Below are positions 27,512 through 37,391 of a DNA stretch of 64,000 bases, one piece after another. The DNA comes from Candidatus Pyrohabitans jungbluthii. GTDB taxonomy: Archaea > Hydrothermarchaeota > Hydrothermarchaeia > Hydrothermarchaeales > BMS3B. The stretch's first letter is position 1. Each line of letters starts with the position of its first letter. The translations under genes were made by a program, and so were the position numbers. The notes beneath the pieces were generated by a model, which did not search any database, was not told the DNA's origin, and saw only the letters and a list, made by a program, of their open reading frames with translations. The stretch is from assembly GCA_002010065.2 (NCBI GenBank), contig MTMD02000008.1, forward strand, positions 128,001-192,000. The letters run 5' to 3'.

Positions 27512-27862
27512 GTGATGAAGATGACAGTCATAGGAAAGCATATTATAGCGGAACTCTACGGCGTGAAAAAGGAGCTGATTTCGTATGAGGATAAGGTGAG
27601 GGAGATTACAGAACGCGTCGTAGAGGAGGCAGGGCTGACAAAGATAGGCTCAGTGTACAAACAGTTTGAACCCTACGGTGTTACCGGCGTGGTGCTGATT
27701 TCAGAGTCCCACGTGTCGCTGCATACCTGGCCAGAGTATGAGACTGTCAACCTTGACATCTTCACCTGCGGCGACCCAAACAAGACAGAGAAAGCCTTCA
27801 AGCTATTCTTAGAGCAGTTTAAGCCCAAGTCATACAAGCACTATGTTCTAACAAGGGGATAA
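27512..27862 (+). CDS. speD: S-adenosylmethionine decarboxylase proenzyme
   Basis: GKHIIAE, F.P.GVTGV.LISESH.S.HTWPE, DIFTCG; start may be ATG 27521. Confidence 0.93.
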   Translation: MMKMTVIGKHIIAELYGVKKELISYEDKVREITERVVEEAGLTKIGSVYKQFEPYGVTGVVLISESHVSLHTWPEYETVNLDIFTCGDPNKTEKAFKLFLEQFKPKSYKHYVLTRG

Positions 27863-27864
27863 CC

Positions 27865-28890
27865 TTGAGAAGTCGCACAGAGGTACAGCTACTTCAGAGG
27901 CTCAGTCGTGGCTCTGCCTCGGTGTGGGAGCTTCTGGATGCTCAGGATTCCTCGCTTAGAGAATTTTATGCCGCCCTCGAGGAGTTGAAGGAACGCAGGT
28001 TGATAGAGATAGCCAATGGTAAAGTCTCCCTCACGCGTGCAGGCTTGGAGCGGGCTTCTCAACTTAAGGCGAGGTTTTTTGATTTTAAGTGCAGTGCATG
28101 CGATGCAAAGGGGTATGTTATACCTCCCGATTTTGAGAAGGTTGCCAGAGCTTTTTATAAAATTGCAGAGCGCCGCCCTTTGCCAGTAGAGGACTACGAC
28201 CAGGGGTATATCTCGCCGGAGGATGTGCTTAAGCGTGTTGCCTTCATGTACGAGCGGGGCGACCTAGCAGCAAGCGAGATTCTTGTTATTGGCGACGACG
28301 ACCTGCTCAGCATAGCTGCCGCTTTAACTGGCTTACCCTCCCGCGTCTTAGCCATAGACATAGATGAGCGCCTGGTGAGCTTCATAAACAGCGTTGCAGA
28401 GGAGCATAATCTAAACCTGAAGGCGAGAAGTTACGATGTGCAGGAGCCCCTGAGCGAGGAGCTTGCCCGCAGCTTCGATGTCTTCGTCAGCGATCCCGTT
28501 GAGACCATTGAAGGCATAAAGTTATTCCTTTCGCGGGGCGCCGCCTCGCTGCGCGGCGAGGGAAGCGCCGCCTACTTCGGCTTAACCACACTGGAAGCCT
28601 CGAGGAAAAAGTGGTATGAGATACAGCGCATGCTGCACCGCATGGGTTTCGTGGTCACAGACATACGTCGCAGGTTTAGCGTGTACCCCTGCGAGGATAC
28701 CAACTTTTTCCGTTACCAGGATAAGCTTAGGATAGTGAAAAAGCTTCGCGTGCCTTGCGACTACCATTGGTTCAAGTCTGCGCTTTACAGAATAGAAGCC
28801 ATAAGAGAACCAGAGCCTCTGATTACGGGTAAAATCAAGCTGGGTGATAAATTTTACCACGACGAAGAGTGCTGGGCGACGCCTGAGTAG
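27865..28890 (+). CDS. bpsA: Branched-chain polyamine synthase
   Basis: YDQG, RGDL, GDDDL.S.A, DIDER, DP.ET; directly after speD. Confidence 0.9.
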   Translation: MRSRTEVQLLQRLSRGSASVWELLDAQDSSLREFYAALEELKERRLIEIANGKVSLTRAGLERASQLKARFFDFKCSACDAKGYVIPPDFEKVARAFYKIAERRPLPVEDYDQGYISPEDVLKRVAFMYERGDLAASEILVIGDDDLLSIAAALTGLPSRVLAIDIDERLVSFINSVAEEHNLNLKARSYDVQEPLSEELARSFDVFVSDPVETIEGIKLFLSRGAASLRGEGSAAYFGLTTLEASRKKWYEIQRMLHRMGFVVTDIRRRFSVYPCEDTNFFRYQDKLRIVKKLRVPCDYHWFKSALYRIEAIREPEPLITGKIKLGDKFYHDEECWATPE

Positions 28891-28941
28891 GTAGGGATTT
28901 TATACTTCTTCTTTTCGACCTCACTTTTTAGCAGCATCACC

Positions 28942-30618
28942 TCATGGATGCGCGTAGTAAGCCACCACGCCCTCGCCAACCTCATCGACGCGCGCAAAGC
29001 CATAGCGCTCGAACTGCACAACATCGTCGCGCTTAACCTTAGCCAGCGAAGGCTCACCTACTCCGCTTTCTATGCGGTCAGGCTTTACCACCTTCACCGC
29101 TATATTTTCCTGCGCAGGCACCCAGTGGATAAGCGGCGCCTTCCTGCGCTTCGCTTCGTCTAACTCAAAGCTGTGGAAGCGCGCCTTCGCTTTTTCTTTG
29201 CCCTTCTCCACTATCTCTATGTTAAAACCTTCCATAAGGCGCATAAAGCTGCCCTCACGCAGCTTCTCGTAGTCGCTATGCGCAATAAAAACGCTCGCTA
29301 TGCCCTGCTCTGGCGTAAGCTCAAGTTTTCTACTTCCCCGCTCTGGATGATCAGGATGAAGCCTTACCTCCCGCGAGAACTCAGGCGCGCCCTCTATTAC
29401 CACCTCCACCGGCGAGGCAACGAAGAAGTAGCGGTTAGCTATGGGCTCGATAAGCTCGCGGTTGTACGCAAAGAGGTTCTTCCAGCTGAAGCTTATGTCG
29501 CTCTGCTTTACACCTACCTCCAGCATAGCCTTGCGTATGGCCTCGCTTCTGAAGCCCCGCCTCGCCAGAGCGCGCAGCGTGCCCAGAGAAGCGTCGTCCC
29601 AGCTGGCATATCTACCTGCCTCTATCCCCTCTTTAATCTTAGAGGTGCTCAGGGCCACGCCCTCTATCTTCAACCTGCCGTAATGGATGAACTCGGGCAT
29701 GCGCCAGCCAAAGAAGCGGTAGATGAACTCCTGCTTCCGGGTGTTCACTATGTGGTCCTTGCCGCGCAGCACGTGGGTAATGCCCAGAAGGTGGTCGTCT
29801 ATAGCGACGGAGAAGTTCATCAGCGGGTAAACGCGAGCTTTAACTCGTGGATGAGGCGTTTCTGAGATGCGCATAATGGGAAAGTCGCGCATCGCAGGAT
29901 CGCGAAGGTCCACGCCGGTTTTAAGCCTCAACACCGCCTCGCCCTCTTTATATTCTGTGAACATCCTCTCAAAGTCCTCTAAATTCTCCTTAACGCTCTT
30001 ACTGCGGTGCTCACACTCTTTCTTAGCCAGCTTAAGCTTCTGGAACTCCTCACTGGTGCACTCGCACACGTACGCATGCCCGGCTTCTATAAGCTTCCTG
30101 GCGTACTCGTAGTAAATCTCTAAACGGGAGCTCTGAACCACTACCTCATGCACCTCTACACCCAGCCAGCGTAAGTCTTCCTGTATCATCTCATAAGCAG
30201 GCGGGAAAACCCTCGCAGGGTCTGTGTCCTCTATGCGGAGAATCAGCTTCCCACCATAGCGCTTCACGTAGGCATCGTTGAGCACCGCTGCTCGAGCGTG
30301 CCCCAGGTGAAGAGGTCCGCTGGGGTTGGGGGCAAAGCGCATCACAACTTCCTTGCCAACGTTGGAAAGCTCCGGCAGCGCCTCCTTCTTCTCCTCTTTC
30401 TTTGCCTCGAAGGAGTAGCCTGCAATAGCTTGAGCAATCTCCTCCCTGCTGAGCGAATTCACCTGCGCCACAACCTTATCAACGAGGGGGAGAAGCTCCC
30501 TCACCTTGGCCCTAAGCTCCGGATTCTCTGCCAGCACCTTGCCGAGCACAGCTTTGGGATTAGCCTTTCCGTAGTCGAGAGCATTCTTCAATGCGTGCTT
30601 GCGTATAAGCTCCTCCAT
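28942..30618 (-). CDS. gltX: Glutamyl-tRNA synthetase (archaeal type)
   Basis: RFAPNPSGPLHLGH, RIEDTDP, THVLRGKDH, LSTS, QFERYGF. Confidence 0.97.
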   Translation of the reverse strand: MEELIRKHALKNALDYGKANPKAVLGKVLAENPELRAKVRELLPLVDKVVAQVNSLSREEIAQAIAGYSFEAKKEEKKEALPELSNVGKEVVMRFAPNPSGPLHLGHARAAVLNDAYVKRYGGKLILRIEDTDPARVFPPAYEMIQEDLRWLGVEVHEVVVQSSRLEIYYEYARKLIEAGHAYVCECTSEEFQKLKLAKKECEHRSKSVKENLEDFERMFTEYKEGEAVLRLKTGVDLRDPAMRDFPIMRISETPHPRVKARVYPLMNFSVAIDDHLLGITHVLRGKDHIVNTRKQEFIYRFFGWRMPEFIHYGRLKIEGVALSTSKIKEGIEAGRYASWDDASLGTLRALARRGFRSEAIRKAMLEVGVKQSDISFSWKNLFAYNRELIEPIANRYFFVASPVEVVIEGAPEFSREVRLHPDHPERGSRKLELTPEQGIASVFIAHSDYEKLREGSFMRLMEGFNIEIVEKGKEKAKARFHSFELDEAKRRKAPLIHWVPAQENIAVKVVKPDRIESGVGEPSLAKVKRDDVVQFERYGFARVDEVGEGVVAYYAHP

Positions 30619-30624
30619 GCCTTG

Positions 30625-31929
30625 CTATACCTCCATCCTCTGACCGTTTCTGAGCAGAAACACCTCGCGGTTAATCGCATAACCAAGCGTCTCCGCAAGC
30701 TCCGCGTAGATGGCAAGCATATCCAGGGTGCCGTGGGTGGGGATTATCTTCTCCGGCTGAAGCATTTTTAACAAATCGTAGTGGTCTTCACGGGAGGCAT
30801 GGCCAGAGACGTGCAGCCCCTTGAACAGCCTTGCTCCCTGCATTTTAAGCTTTGTCTCAAGGGAGTAGCGCTGTGCCACATTTATAGGATTGGGGATGAC
30901 GTCGGCGGAGAACACAACCTCGTCTCCAGCTTCAATACGGAACTCAAACTTCTGGTTGGCGATTTTTGTGAGCAGCGCGTCATGTTCGCCCTGGTGTCCT
31001 GTGATTATGAGGATGTAGCGCTGCTTATCCTTCGCGGCGCGCTTGAGCGCCTTCTTAATTGCATCCCTGCCTCCGTAGACATGTGCCTCCTTGGGGAGGG
31101 AGATTATCCCCTTCCGCTCAGCTATGCTCACATACTTTTCCATGCTCCTTCCCAGCAGGAGCGGCTCCCTGCCAAGCTTCTCTGCTATATCTAAGATGCT
31201 TTTAATCCGCGCAATATGTGAGGAGAAGGTGGTAACTATGAGCCCGCGCTCGGGGTTACTCTTGAGCAGCGTATCCTCGAGCAAGGTACGCGCCACCAGC
31301 TCAGAGGGCGTGCGCCCATCGTTGGCAACGCGGGTGGTTTCTATTATTAGCGCCTTGAGTCCTTCTTTGCCCAGCTCACGTATTCGCTGGTAGTCAGGCT
31401 TCTCCCCTATAACAGGAGTGTCGTCCAGCTTGAAATCGTTAAAGTAAGCGAGGCTGCCCTCAGGTGTGTGCACCACCAGGAAGACGGTATCCGGGATGCT
31501 GTGCGTGATCCGCACAAACTCTATGCTCAGCTTTGGCGCCACCTGTAGCACTTCCCCGGCCTCGAGCACATAGAGCGGATTTTTACGCTTGCCCCGAAGC
31601 TCCTGTTTCACCACCTCTATGGTGTAGGGCGTACCTATAATAGGCGCCATGGGAAACTTCTTGGCGAGGATTGAAACCGCGCCCAGGTGATCCAAGTGCC
31701 CATGGGTGAGCACTATCGCCTTAACCTCACCGAAGTCGTCCTGAACAGAGGGAATTATTCCACGAGAAGCAAGCTCCTCCGGTGGGAGCTTTGATATGTC
31801 CGTATCCTCATGGATTAAAACGCGGTCAAGACGGATGCCCATGTCTATTACAATTGCGTCGTCGCCATACTTGACGACAGTCATGTTTCTGCCTACTTCC
31901 TCGTAACCACCTACTGCAATAATCTCCAT
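30625..31929 (-). CDS. rnj: Ribonuclease J (beta-CASP)
   Basis: GGYEEVGRNM, THGHLDHLG, THSIPD, HVSGH. Confidence 0.95.
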   Translation of the reverse strand: MEIIAVGGYEEVGRNMTVVKYGDDAIVIDMGIRLDRVLIHEDTDISKLPPEELASRGIIPSVQDDFGEVKAIVLTHGHLDHLGAVSILAKKFPMAPIIGTPYTIEVVKQELRGKRKNPLYVLEAGEVLQVAPKLSIEFVRITHSIPDTVFLVVHTPEGSLAYFNDFKLDDTPVIGEKPDYQRIRELGKEGLKALIIETTRVANDGRTPSELVARTLLEDTLLKSNPERGLIVTTFSSHIARIKSILDIAEKLGREPLLLGRSMEKYVSIAERKGIISLPKEAHVYGGRDAIKKALKRAAKDKQRYILIITGHQGEHDALLTKIANQKFEFRIEAGDEVVFSADVIPNPINVAQRYSLETKLKMQGARLFKGLHVSGHASREDHYDLLKMLQPEKIIPTHGTLDMLAIYAELAETLGYAINREVFLLRNGQRMEV

Positions 31930-31936
31930 AAAATCA

Positions 31937-32983
31937 TCACCTTAAGAACCCTCTCGCTGTGAGCCACTCCCGCGTTCTGCCCAGGATAACTACCCTCGCT
32001 TTAGAAAGCTCCTCAACGCTTTTTGAGCCGGTTAGGAAGGTAGCGACGCGAAGCTCGCGCTCCACCCTGCGAAGCGCATTTATTACAGCCTCACTGCCTT
32101 TAACAGCTTCTTTAAGCAGAGGTAGGGCGATGCCACACGCGCTTGCGCCCAGAGCAAGGGCTTTAGCCACGTCTATGCCGCTCCTCACTCCGCCTGTGGC
32201 AAACACAGGAATATCCACGGTTGAGACGCACTCCACGACGCTCACAGCCGTTGGTATTCCCCAGTCCCAGAAGGCTGAGCCAACGCTCGCGTTGTCTCTG
32301 TAGTGCTCCACCGCTGCGAAGCTTGTGCCGCCGAGCCCGCCCACGTCTATAGCAGTCGCACCAGTCTCCTCGATGAGCTTTGCCTCTTCCGCTGCTATCC
32401 CCGCGCCGGTTTCCTTAACTATTACAGGCACATCGAGGGCGTCTGAAATCTCGGCAATCTTCTCAAGCGCGCCCTCAAAGTTGGTATCACCCTCCTTCTG
32501 GGCAACCTCCTGCACTGCATTGAGGTGAAGCGCTAATGCGTCTGCTTCAATCATCTCAACCGCTCTCTCCGCCTCGCGCACAGTGTAGTCCTTGCAGAAC
32601 TGCACCACGCCAAGGTTGGCGATAAGAAAAACATCCGGCGCAGCCTTCCTCGCGATGCTGAAGGTTTCCACGAGGTTAGCGTCCTCTAGGGCGGCGCGCT
32701 GGCTTCCCACGCCCAGGGGTATATTAAGCTCTTGAGCAGCAATGGCGAGGTTCTCATTTATCCTCTTCGTCTCCTCGTGCCCGCCGGTCATGGCGGCAAT
32801 AAACACGGGCATGCCCACTTCTCTGCCCAGAAATTTTGTGCGCAGCCTAACCTTCTCCGCGTCCAGCTCTGGCAATGCGTTATGAATTAGCACAACATCC
32901 TCAAAACCGCTGCCTACCCTTGCCTCAACCTTCTCCCTAAGGCATATTTTAATGTGGTCGAGCTTTCTCCTGTCTGTGCTCAC
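31937..32983 (-). CDS. fni: Type 2 isopentenyl-diphosphate isomerase
   Basis: RKLDH, AMTGG, GVGSQR, KETG.G, GGTSF, GGVRSG; GTG start at 32983. Confidence 0.96.
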   Translation of the reverse strand: MSTDRRKLDHIKICLREKVEARVGSGFEDVVLIHNALPELDAEKVRLRTKFLGREVGMPVFIAAMTGGHEETKRINENLAIAAQELNIPLGVGSQRAALEDANLVETFSIARKAAPDVFLIANLGVVQFCKDYTVREAERAVEMIEADALALHLNAVQEVAQKEGDTNFEGALEKIAEISDALDVPVIVKETGAGIAAEEAKLIEETGATAIDVGGLGGTSFAAVEHYRDNASVGSAFWDWGIPTAVSVVECVSTVDIPVFATGGVRSGIDVAKALALGASACGIALPLLKEAVKGSEAVINALRRVERELRVATFLTGSKSVEELSKARVVILGRTREWLTARGFLR

Positions 32984-33762
32984 GGGTAATTTCCCCCTTT
33001 GATAACTGTGCATTTCACCGGCTCGCCTAATAAAGCTTTCTTGAGCCTTCCTTCGGTAAGGGCGTTGATTATTATGGAGTCGTACCCAAGACGCGCAAGA
33101 GCTATGAGCTCGCTAAGTTTGCCGCGCATGCCTCCAGTGGCGTCGTTGCCACTGGCTACAGCTTCCAGCACTTTCGTATAATTCTCCGGGTTAATTTCAG
33201 GTATAAGCTTAGCCCCTGGCTCTTCCGGGTTCCTATCGAAAACCCCATCCACGTCTGCAGCGAGCACTATTCGCTCAGGTTTAAACTCTTCCGCAAGCTT
33301 CGCCACAAGCTGATCACCCGAGAGGATGCACACCCCGCGTATGCTGTCGAGAACGACATCGCCGTAGAGCACCGGCGTAAGCCCCAGCTCAAGGAATCCT
33401 CTCACTGTGCTCAGGTTTATGCGCTTAACCCTTGTGTCTGCGCACTCCGCTATAGCTGAGGTTTGCATGCCTATGGCGTTGACTCCAGCTTCTATCAGCG
33501 CCTCGACCACCAGCAAGTTGAATCTCGCCATCGCCGCCCGGGTGAGCGCCACTCCACGGAGTTGCTCCTCGCTTACTATGCCTTCCGCAAGCTTGTACTC
33601 CACCGCCAGTGGGTGCCCGAAGCTTCCCCCGCCATGCACAACCACAAGCCTTGCTCTGCTCTCTTTTATCTCCTGCGCCACACGCCTCATTACCTCAGAA
33701 CGGAATGAGAACTTCCTTCGTTTGTCAGTGAGCAGGCTTCCTCCCAGCTTGAGTATAATCAT
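32980..33762 (-). CDS. ipk: Isopentenyl phosphate kinase
   Basis: LKLGGS.LTDK, HGGGSFGH, SGD, DATGGM.GK. Confidence 0.94.
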   Translation of the reverse strand: MIILKLGGSLLTDKRRKFSFRSEVMRRVAQEIKESRARLVVVHGGGSFGHPLAVEYKLAEGIVSEEQLRGVALTRAAMARFNLLVVEALIEAGVNAIGMQTSAIAECADTRVKRINLSTVRGFLELGLTPVLYGDVVLDSIRGVCILSGDQLVAKLAEEFKPERIVLAADVDGVFDRNPEEPGAKLIPEINPENYTKVLEAVASGNDATGGMRGKLSELIALARLGYDSIIINALTEGRLKKALLGEPVKCTVIKGGNYP

Positions 33763-34718
33763 CCTTCGCCACCCTCTACTCGCACACCCTCGAAAGTGAT
33801 GCTAGCCTGTAGCGCCTGGCTTTCTTTGCTAAGCGCTTCTAGCACGGAGTCGTATCTCTCTCTCGCAAAAGCGAGCATACACCCTCCACCACCCGCACCT
33901 GTGAGCTTGGCACCCTCTGCACCAGCGCCGCGGGCTATGTAAACCAGACGAGAGAGCTCAGGCGTGCTTACGCCGAGAGCTTCAAGCAAGCCGTGGTTTA
34001 TGTTCATTAGCTCGCCCAGATGGGAAATATCTCCCTTCTCCAAGCACCGTCTCGCCTCTCTGGTAACCTTGCCTATGTTCCTTATAACCGGGTCAACCAC
34101 CTCGGGCAAGCTTTCCTTCAGCCTGCGCACCTTGGCTACGAGAAGCTTGGTGGAGCGCTCTTTCTGCGTATTTCCTATAATAAGGGGAAGCTCTTCTCTA
34201 ACATCCAGCCTCTCTATGCCCTTGCTCGGAAGCACAAAGAGCAGGCCCCCATGCGTAGCAGCTGCGGTGTCTGTTGGCGAGGCAGAGCCCTGCACCTCCA
34301 GCTCCACTCGATGGGCAAGCGCCGCAAGCCTTGAGTTGCTCACATCTTTGCCAAGCAGCGTAAGCACAGCCTTGAGCGTGGCAACACTCACTGCAGCGCT
34401 GGAGCCAAGCCCGGAGGCGGGCGGAAGCTCGGAGCTTATCCTTAGCTCCAATCCGGTCTCTTCGCCTACCTCCTCGAAGGCTATGCTTACAGCGCGCTTC
34501 ACATACCTGAAGGCACCCTTTGTCTCGTGTAGGTCTTCAAAGGTAAAGCTCTTCCCGGTACCAATGGCGTCGGAATAAACCTTTATTACCTTCTCGTCCA
34601 GCCTCCTAACCCCTACTCTAACCCTTCTCTCAATCGCACCCACGAGGGCTGGCTCGCCGTAGACAACGGCATGCTCGCCAAAGAGTATCACTTTTCCCGG
34701 CGCAGAGACAGTGAGCAT
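33759..34718 (-). CDS. mvk: Mevalonate kinase
   Basis: APGKVILFGEHAVVYG, GLGSSAA, KLTGAGGGG. Confidence 0.95.
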   Translation of the reverse strand: MLTVSAPGKVILFGEHAVVYGEPALVGAIERRVRVGVRRLDEKVIKVYSDAIGTGKSFTFEDLHETKGAFRYVKRAVSIAFEEVGEETGLELRISSELPPASGLGSSAAVSVATLKAVLTLLGKDVSNSRLAALAHRVELEVQGSASPTDTAAATHGGLLFVLPSKGIERLDVREELPLIIGNTQKERSTKLLVAKVRRLKESLPEVVDPVIRNIGKVTREARRCLEKGDISHLGELMNINHGLLEALGVSTPELSRLVYIARGAGAEGAKLTGAGGGGCMLAFARERYDSVLEALSKESQALQASITFEGVRVEGGEG

Positions 34719-35028
34719 ATTCTTACAATTGCGGCGGAGTTAAAAAAGGTTGTTGCGGAGGTGGGTTTGGTTAAGTGATAACTAGGGGTTTATATTAAGA
34801 AACAAAGATATCCACTATTGTTTGCTCCTCATGAAAAGAAGATTGACTATGTAATTATTCTTTCTCATCAATTTTTGTTATGTCTCTATCCGATAATAAA
34901 CTACAATAAATAGAAATTATGAAAAAATCAATAGATATTAAATTAAATTTTTAGATAATGTCTTTGTTTGATTGAGATTAATCATGATTGGAAAAATTTT
35001 TTATATGGCACACTATTAATCTCAAATA

Positions 35029-36612
35029 ATGGGCAGAAAGACCATACCAAAAGAATTACGTAGAAGACTGCTCGTCTATTGCGGTCATGAATGTTGTGTT
35101 TGCAATACGAGGATTGGCAGGAATCATATTCATCATATCAACGGCGATCCAAATGACAACAGGGAAGAGAATCTTATACCTCTATGTCCAAACTGTCATG
35201 CTCAAGCCCATAATGGAGTATTTGAAGAAAAAGAGCTTTTGATGTATAAAGAAGCTAAGATTAAAAAAGTCGGAATAAAAGAATTATTAGAAAAGAAGGA
35301 AATTCCTTCCAAAAAATTCGATGATATTTTCTCGATTAAGTTAGACGAAATAGTTAAATCTCTTGAAAAAGGTAATTATGATCCAGAATTAAATGATAAG
35401 ATCGACGAAGTAATAATGCTGTTAAAGGAACGTATAGAAAAGTGGGATGTTCCTTCAGTGAGATTTGGGACTAAAGAACTTTTCTTAAAGTTATACAAAT
35501 ATAGTGGAGATGGAAAAAGACTTACGAACCTTTATAATATTTATGAAGACTTATTCAGATTTGCGTATTTGCAAAGAAAGCATATATTAGGTAATATGAT
35601 CAACGTTTTTTATTCTATCTGGCTTGAAGCATGGCTTTTCGGATATGATGTAGAGAAAGCAGAAAAATGTTGCGATATCTTACTTAGATTAGGATTAGAT
35701 TTTATAGATAATGATTTATCAGTGGCAGAAGATTGCTTGAATATGATTGACAATGCAGCAGGGGATATGTTCGAACCAGAGATTTTAAGCAGAGAAATTT
35801 TATTTGCTGCAGCTGTTGGCGAAAGGAAAGACGAAAGTGAGGAAATGAAAAAATTCTTCGAAACTATTATCGATTATATTAAATGGAATGATGAATATGC
35901 ATGGGATGATGAGAACTACAGTTATTTGATAGATAGTCTAAGTTATGCGGAATCTATTCAAGACGAATATAATATCAATATTGAGAATATAAAAACAAAT
36001 TATCTGATGACTATAGCTAAGAATAACATGAATAAACGAATAGATGAGTATTTGGAATATCTTGTAAGTGGAGAATATGAAGACGAATTCCGAGAGTTTG
36101 AGGCAGAGTATCTGAGTAAACTCTTATTGGCGTACGAAAAAATTGATCCAAATATAGTAGATCATATAAATTCCAAAATTGAAAAGATCGGAGATCAGAA
36201 ATTAAAAAAGGAAATTGATATGATCATTGATCAACATAATCTTCTAAAGAAGTTTTTTAGAGGGTCTGAAATGATTGCTTCATTGAAGGAACTTATTAGA
36301 TTTTTGGAAAATACTTCAGACATTGATAATCTAGGAGTTGGTATAACTACTTATGGCCCTTCTTGGATAGTTTTCCATCAAAAACTTAATAAAAAAGACA
36401 AAGAGGAACTAAGAAAATTGGCAATAAAGTATGACATATACAACTCTGAATTTGAAATATCAGATAATGAAATTATGTTCGAGATGGACTTTCTTGTTTA
36501 TTTAGGAAATAATAAACATGATATGAGACGACTGATTCAATTTCTTAAAGATATTGATAAAAAATTTAAAGTTAAGAGTTTAGTTACGGGCATCGAATTT
36601 AGGTTCAAATAA
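35029..36612 (+). CDS. HNH endonuclease fused to a large uncharacterised acidic domain (AT-rich, probably foreign)
   Basis: CCVC...HIHHINGDPNDNREENLIPLCPNCH at the N-terminus; visibly much more AT-rich than the flanks. Confidence 0.85.
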   Translation: MGRKTIPKELRRRLLVYCGHECCVCNTRIGRNHIHHINGDPNDNREENLIPLCPNCHAQAHNGVFEEKELLMYKEAKIKKVGIKELLEKKEIPSKKFDDIFSIKLDEIVKSLEKGNYDPELNDKIDEVIMLLKERIEKWDVPSVRFGTKELFLKLYKYSGDGKRLTNLYNIYEDLFRFAYLQRKHILGNMINVFYSIWLEAWLFGYDVEKAEKCCDILLRLGLDFIDNDLSVAEDCLNMIDNAAGDMFEPEILSREILFAAAVGERKDESEEMKKFFETIIDYIKWNDEYAWDDENYSYLIDSLSYAESIQDEYNINIENIKTNYLMTIAKNNMNKRIDEYLEYLVSGEYEDEFREFEAEYLSKLLLAYEKIDPNIVDHINSKIEKIGDQKLKKEIDMIIDQHNLLKKFFRGSEMIASLKELIRFLENTSDIDNLGVGITTYGPSWIVFHQKLNKKDKEELRKLAIKYDIYNSEFEISDNEIMFEMDFLVYLGNNKHDMRRLIQFLKDIDKKFKVKSLVTGIEFRFK

Positions 36613-36686
36613 CAAACCAAGATAGAAACTTTTTATGAGCTTTGTTAACTTGTATAATCAAACTTCACCACCAATAATCTCCACCC

Positions 36687-37088
36687 ATGTTAAAGCTCCT
36701 GCTCAGGGGCATGTACTATGTGGGCAAGAGTGCTGTGCTGGGAAGCTTTGAGAAGCTGGAGAACTACGAAAAACACCTTCTGGAGGAGGCTTTCAAGCGG
36801 GCGGAGTTCGTCTTCGTTGGCATTGTGGCAGACGATGAGGACAAGCGCCTGAAGGCAAAGATAAGGAAGCTTTCGAAACTTTTGGCAGCGCGCTACCCCG
36901 GGCGCTACGAGGTGGTGGAGGTTCGAGGAGAGTTCGCACCAGCGGTGGAGGATGAAGAGGTCCACACCCTGGTTGTGCCATCGCAGGAGCTTGCTCGAAG
37001 CATCAATGAGGCGAGGGAGAAACGCGGACTAAAGCGCCTTATGGTGGTGGAGGTGCCGCCGCCGGAGGTAGGGGAAACGGGAAATTAA
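36687..37088 (+). CDS. Degenerate phosphopantetheine adenylyltransferase (CoaD)-like protein
   Basis: GSFEKL...LLEEAF...VFVGI..D, LVV, IN..R.KRGL..L.VVEV follow the archaeal PPAT layout, but HxGH is replaced by ENYE. Confidence 0.65.
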   Translation: MLKLLLRGMYYVGKSAVLGSFEKLENYEKHLLEEAFKRAEFVFVGIVADDEDKRLKAKIRKLSKLLAARYPGRYEVVEVRGEFAPAVEDEEVHTLVVPSQELARSINEAREKRGLKRLMVVEVPPPEVGETGN

Positions 37089-37100
37089 AGTAAAGGTGAA

Positions 37101-37358
37101 ATGTCTGTAGGTCCAATTTCACAGTACTGGGATTCTATAAAACTGGGAGGAAGATCTGTCCATAAGGTGGCTATTGCTTTACTCATTATTGGAGCAATTT
37201 CTTTTCTGGGGTGGTATATTCAAAAAACGTCGCATGCTCCGTTAATTCCCGCTCAAATTAGGGGCTATCCCCCATGGTTCTATGCGGTTGTCATAAGCTG
37301 GCTTATTGTGATAACATATCTTATCTTTTTGGCTTTAACAAAAAAAATGCAAGGGTAA
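37101..37358 (+). CDS. Small two-TM membrane protein
   Basis: AGGTGA RBS and two hydrophobic segments. Confidence 0.6.
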   Translation: MSVGPISQYWDSIKLGGRSVHKVAIALLIIGAISFLGWYIQKTSHAPLIPAQIRGYPPWFYAVVISWLIVITYLIFLALTKKMQG

Positions 37359-37391
37359 TATTACAGGGTGCATACAATCTTAAAGCTTTTC

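Noticed and set aside
34760-36690. Terminal inverted repeats around the HNH island
   Set aside because: Only a weak purine/pyrimidine-biased resemblance between the flanks; no convincing repeat or target duplication.
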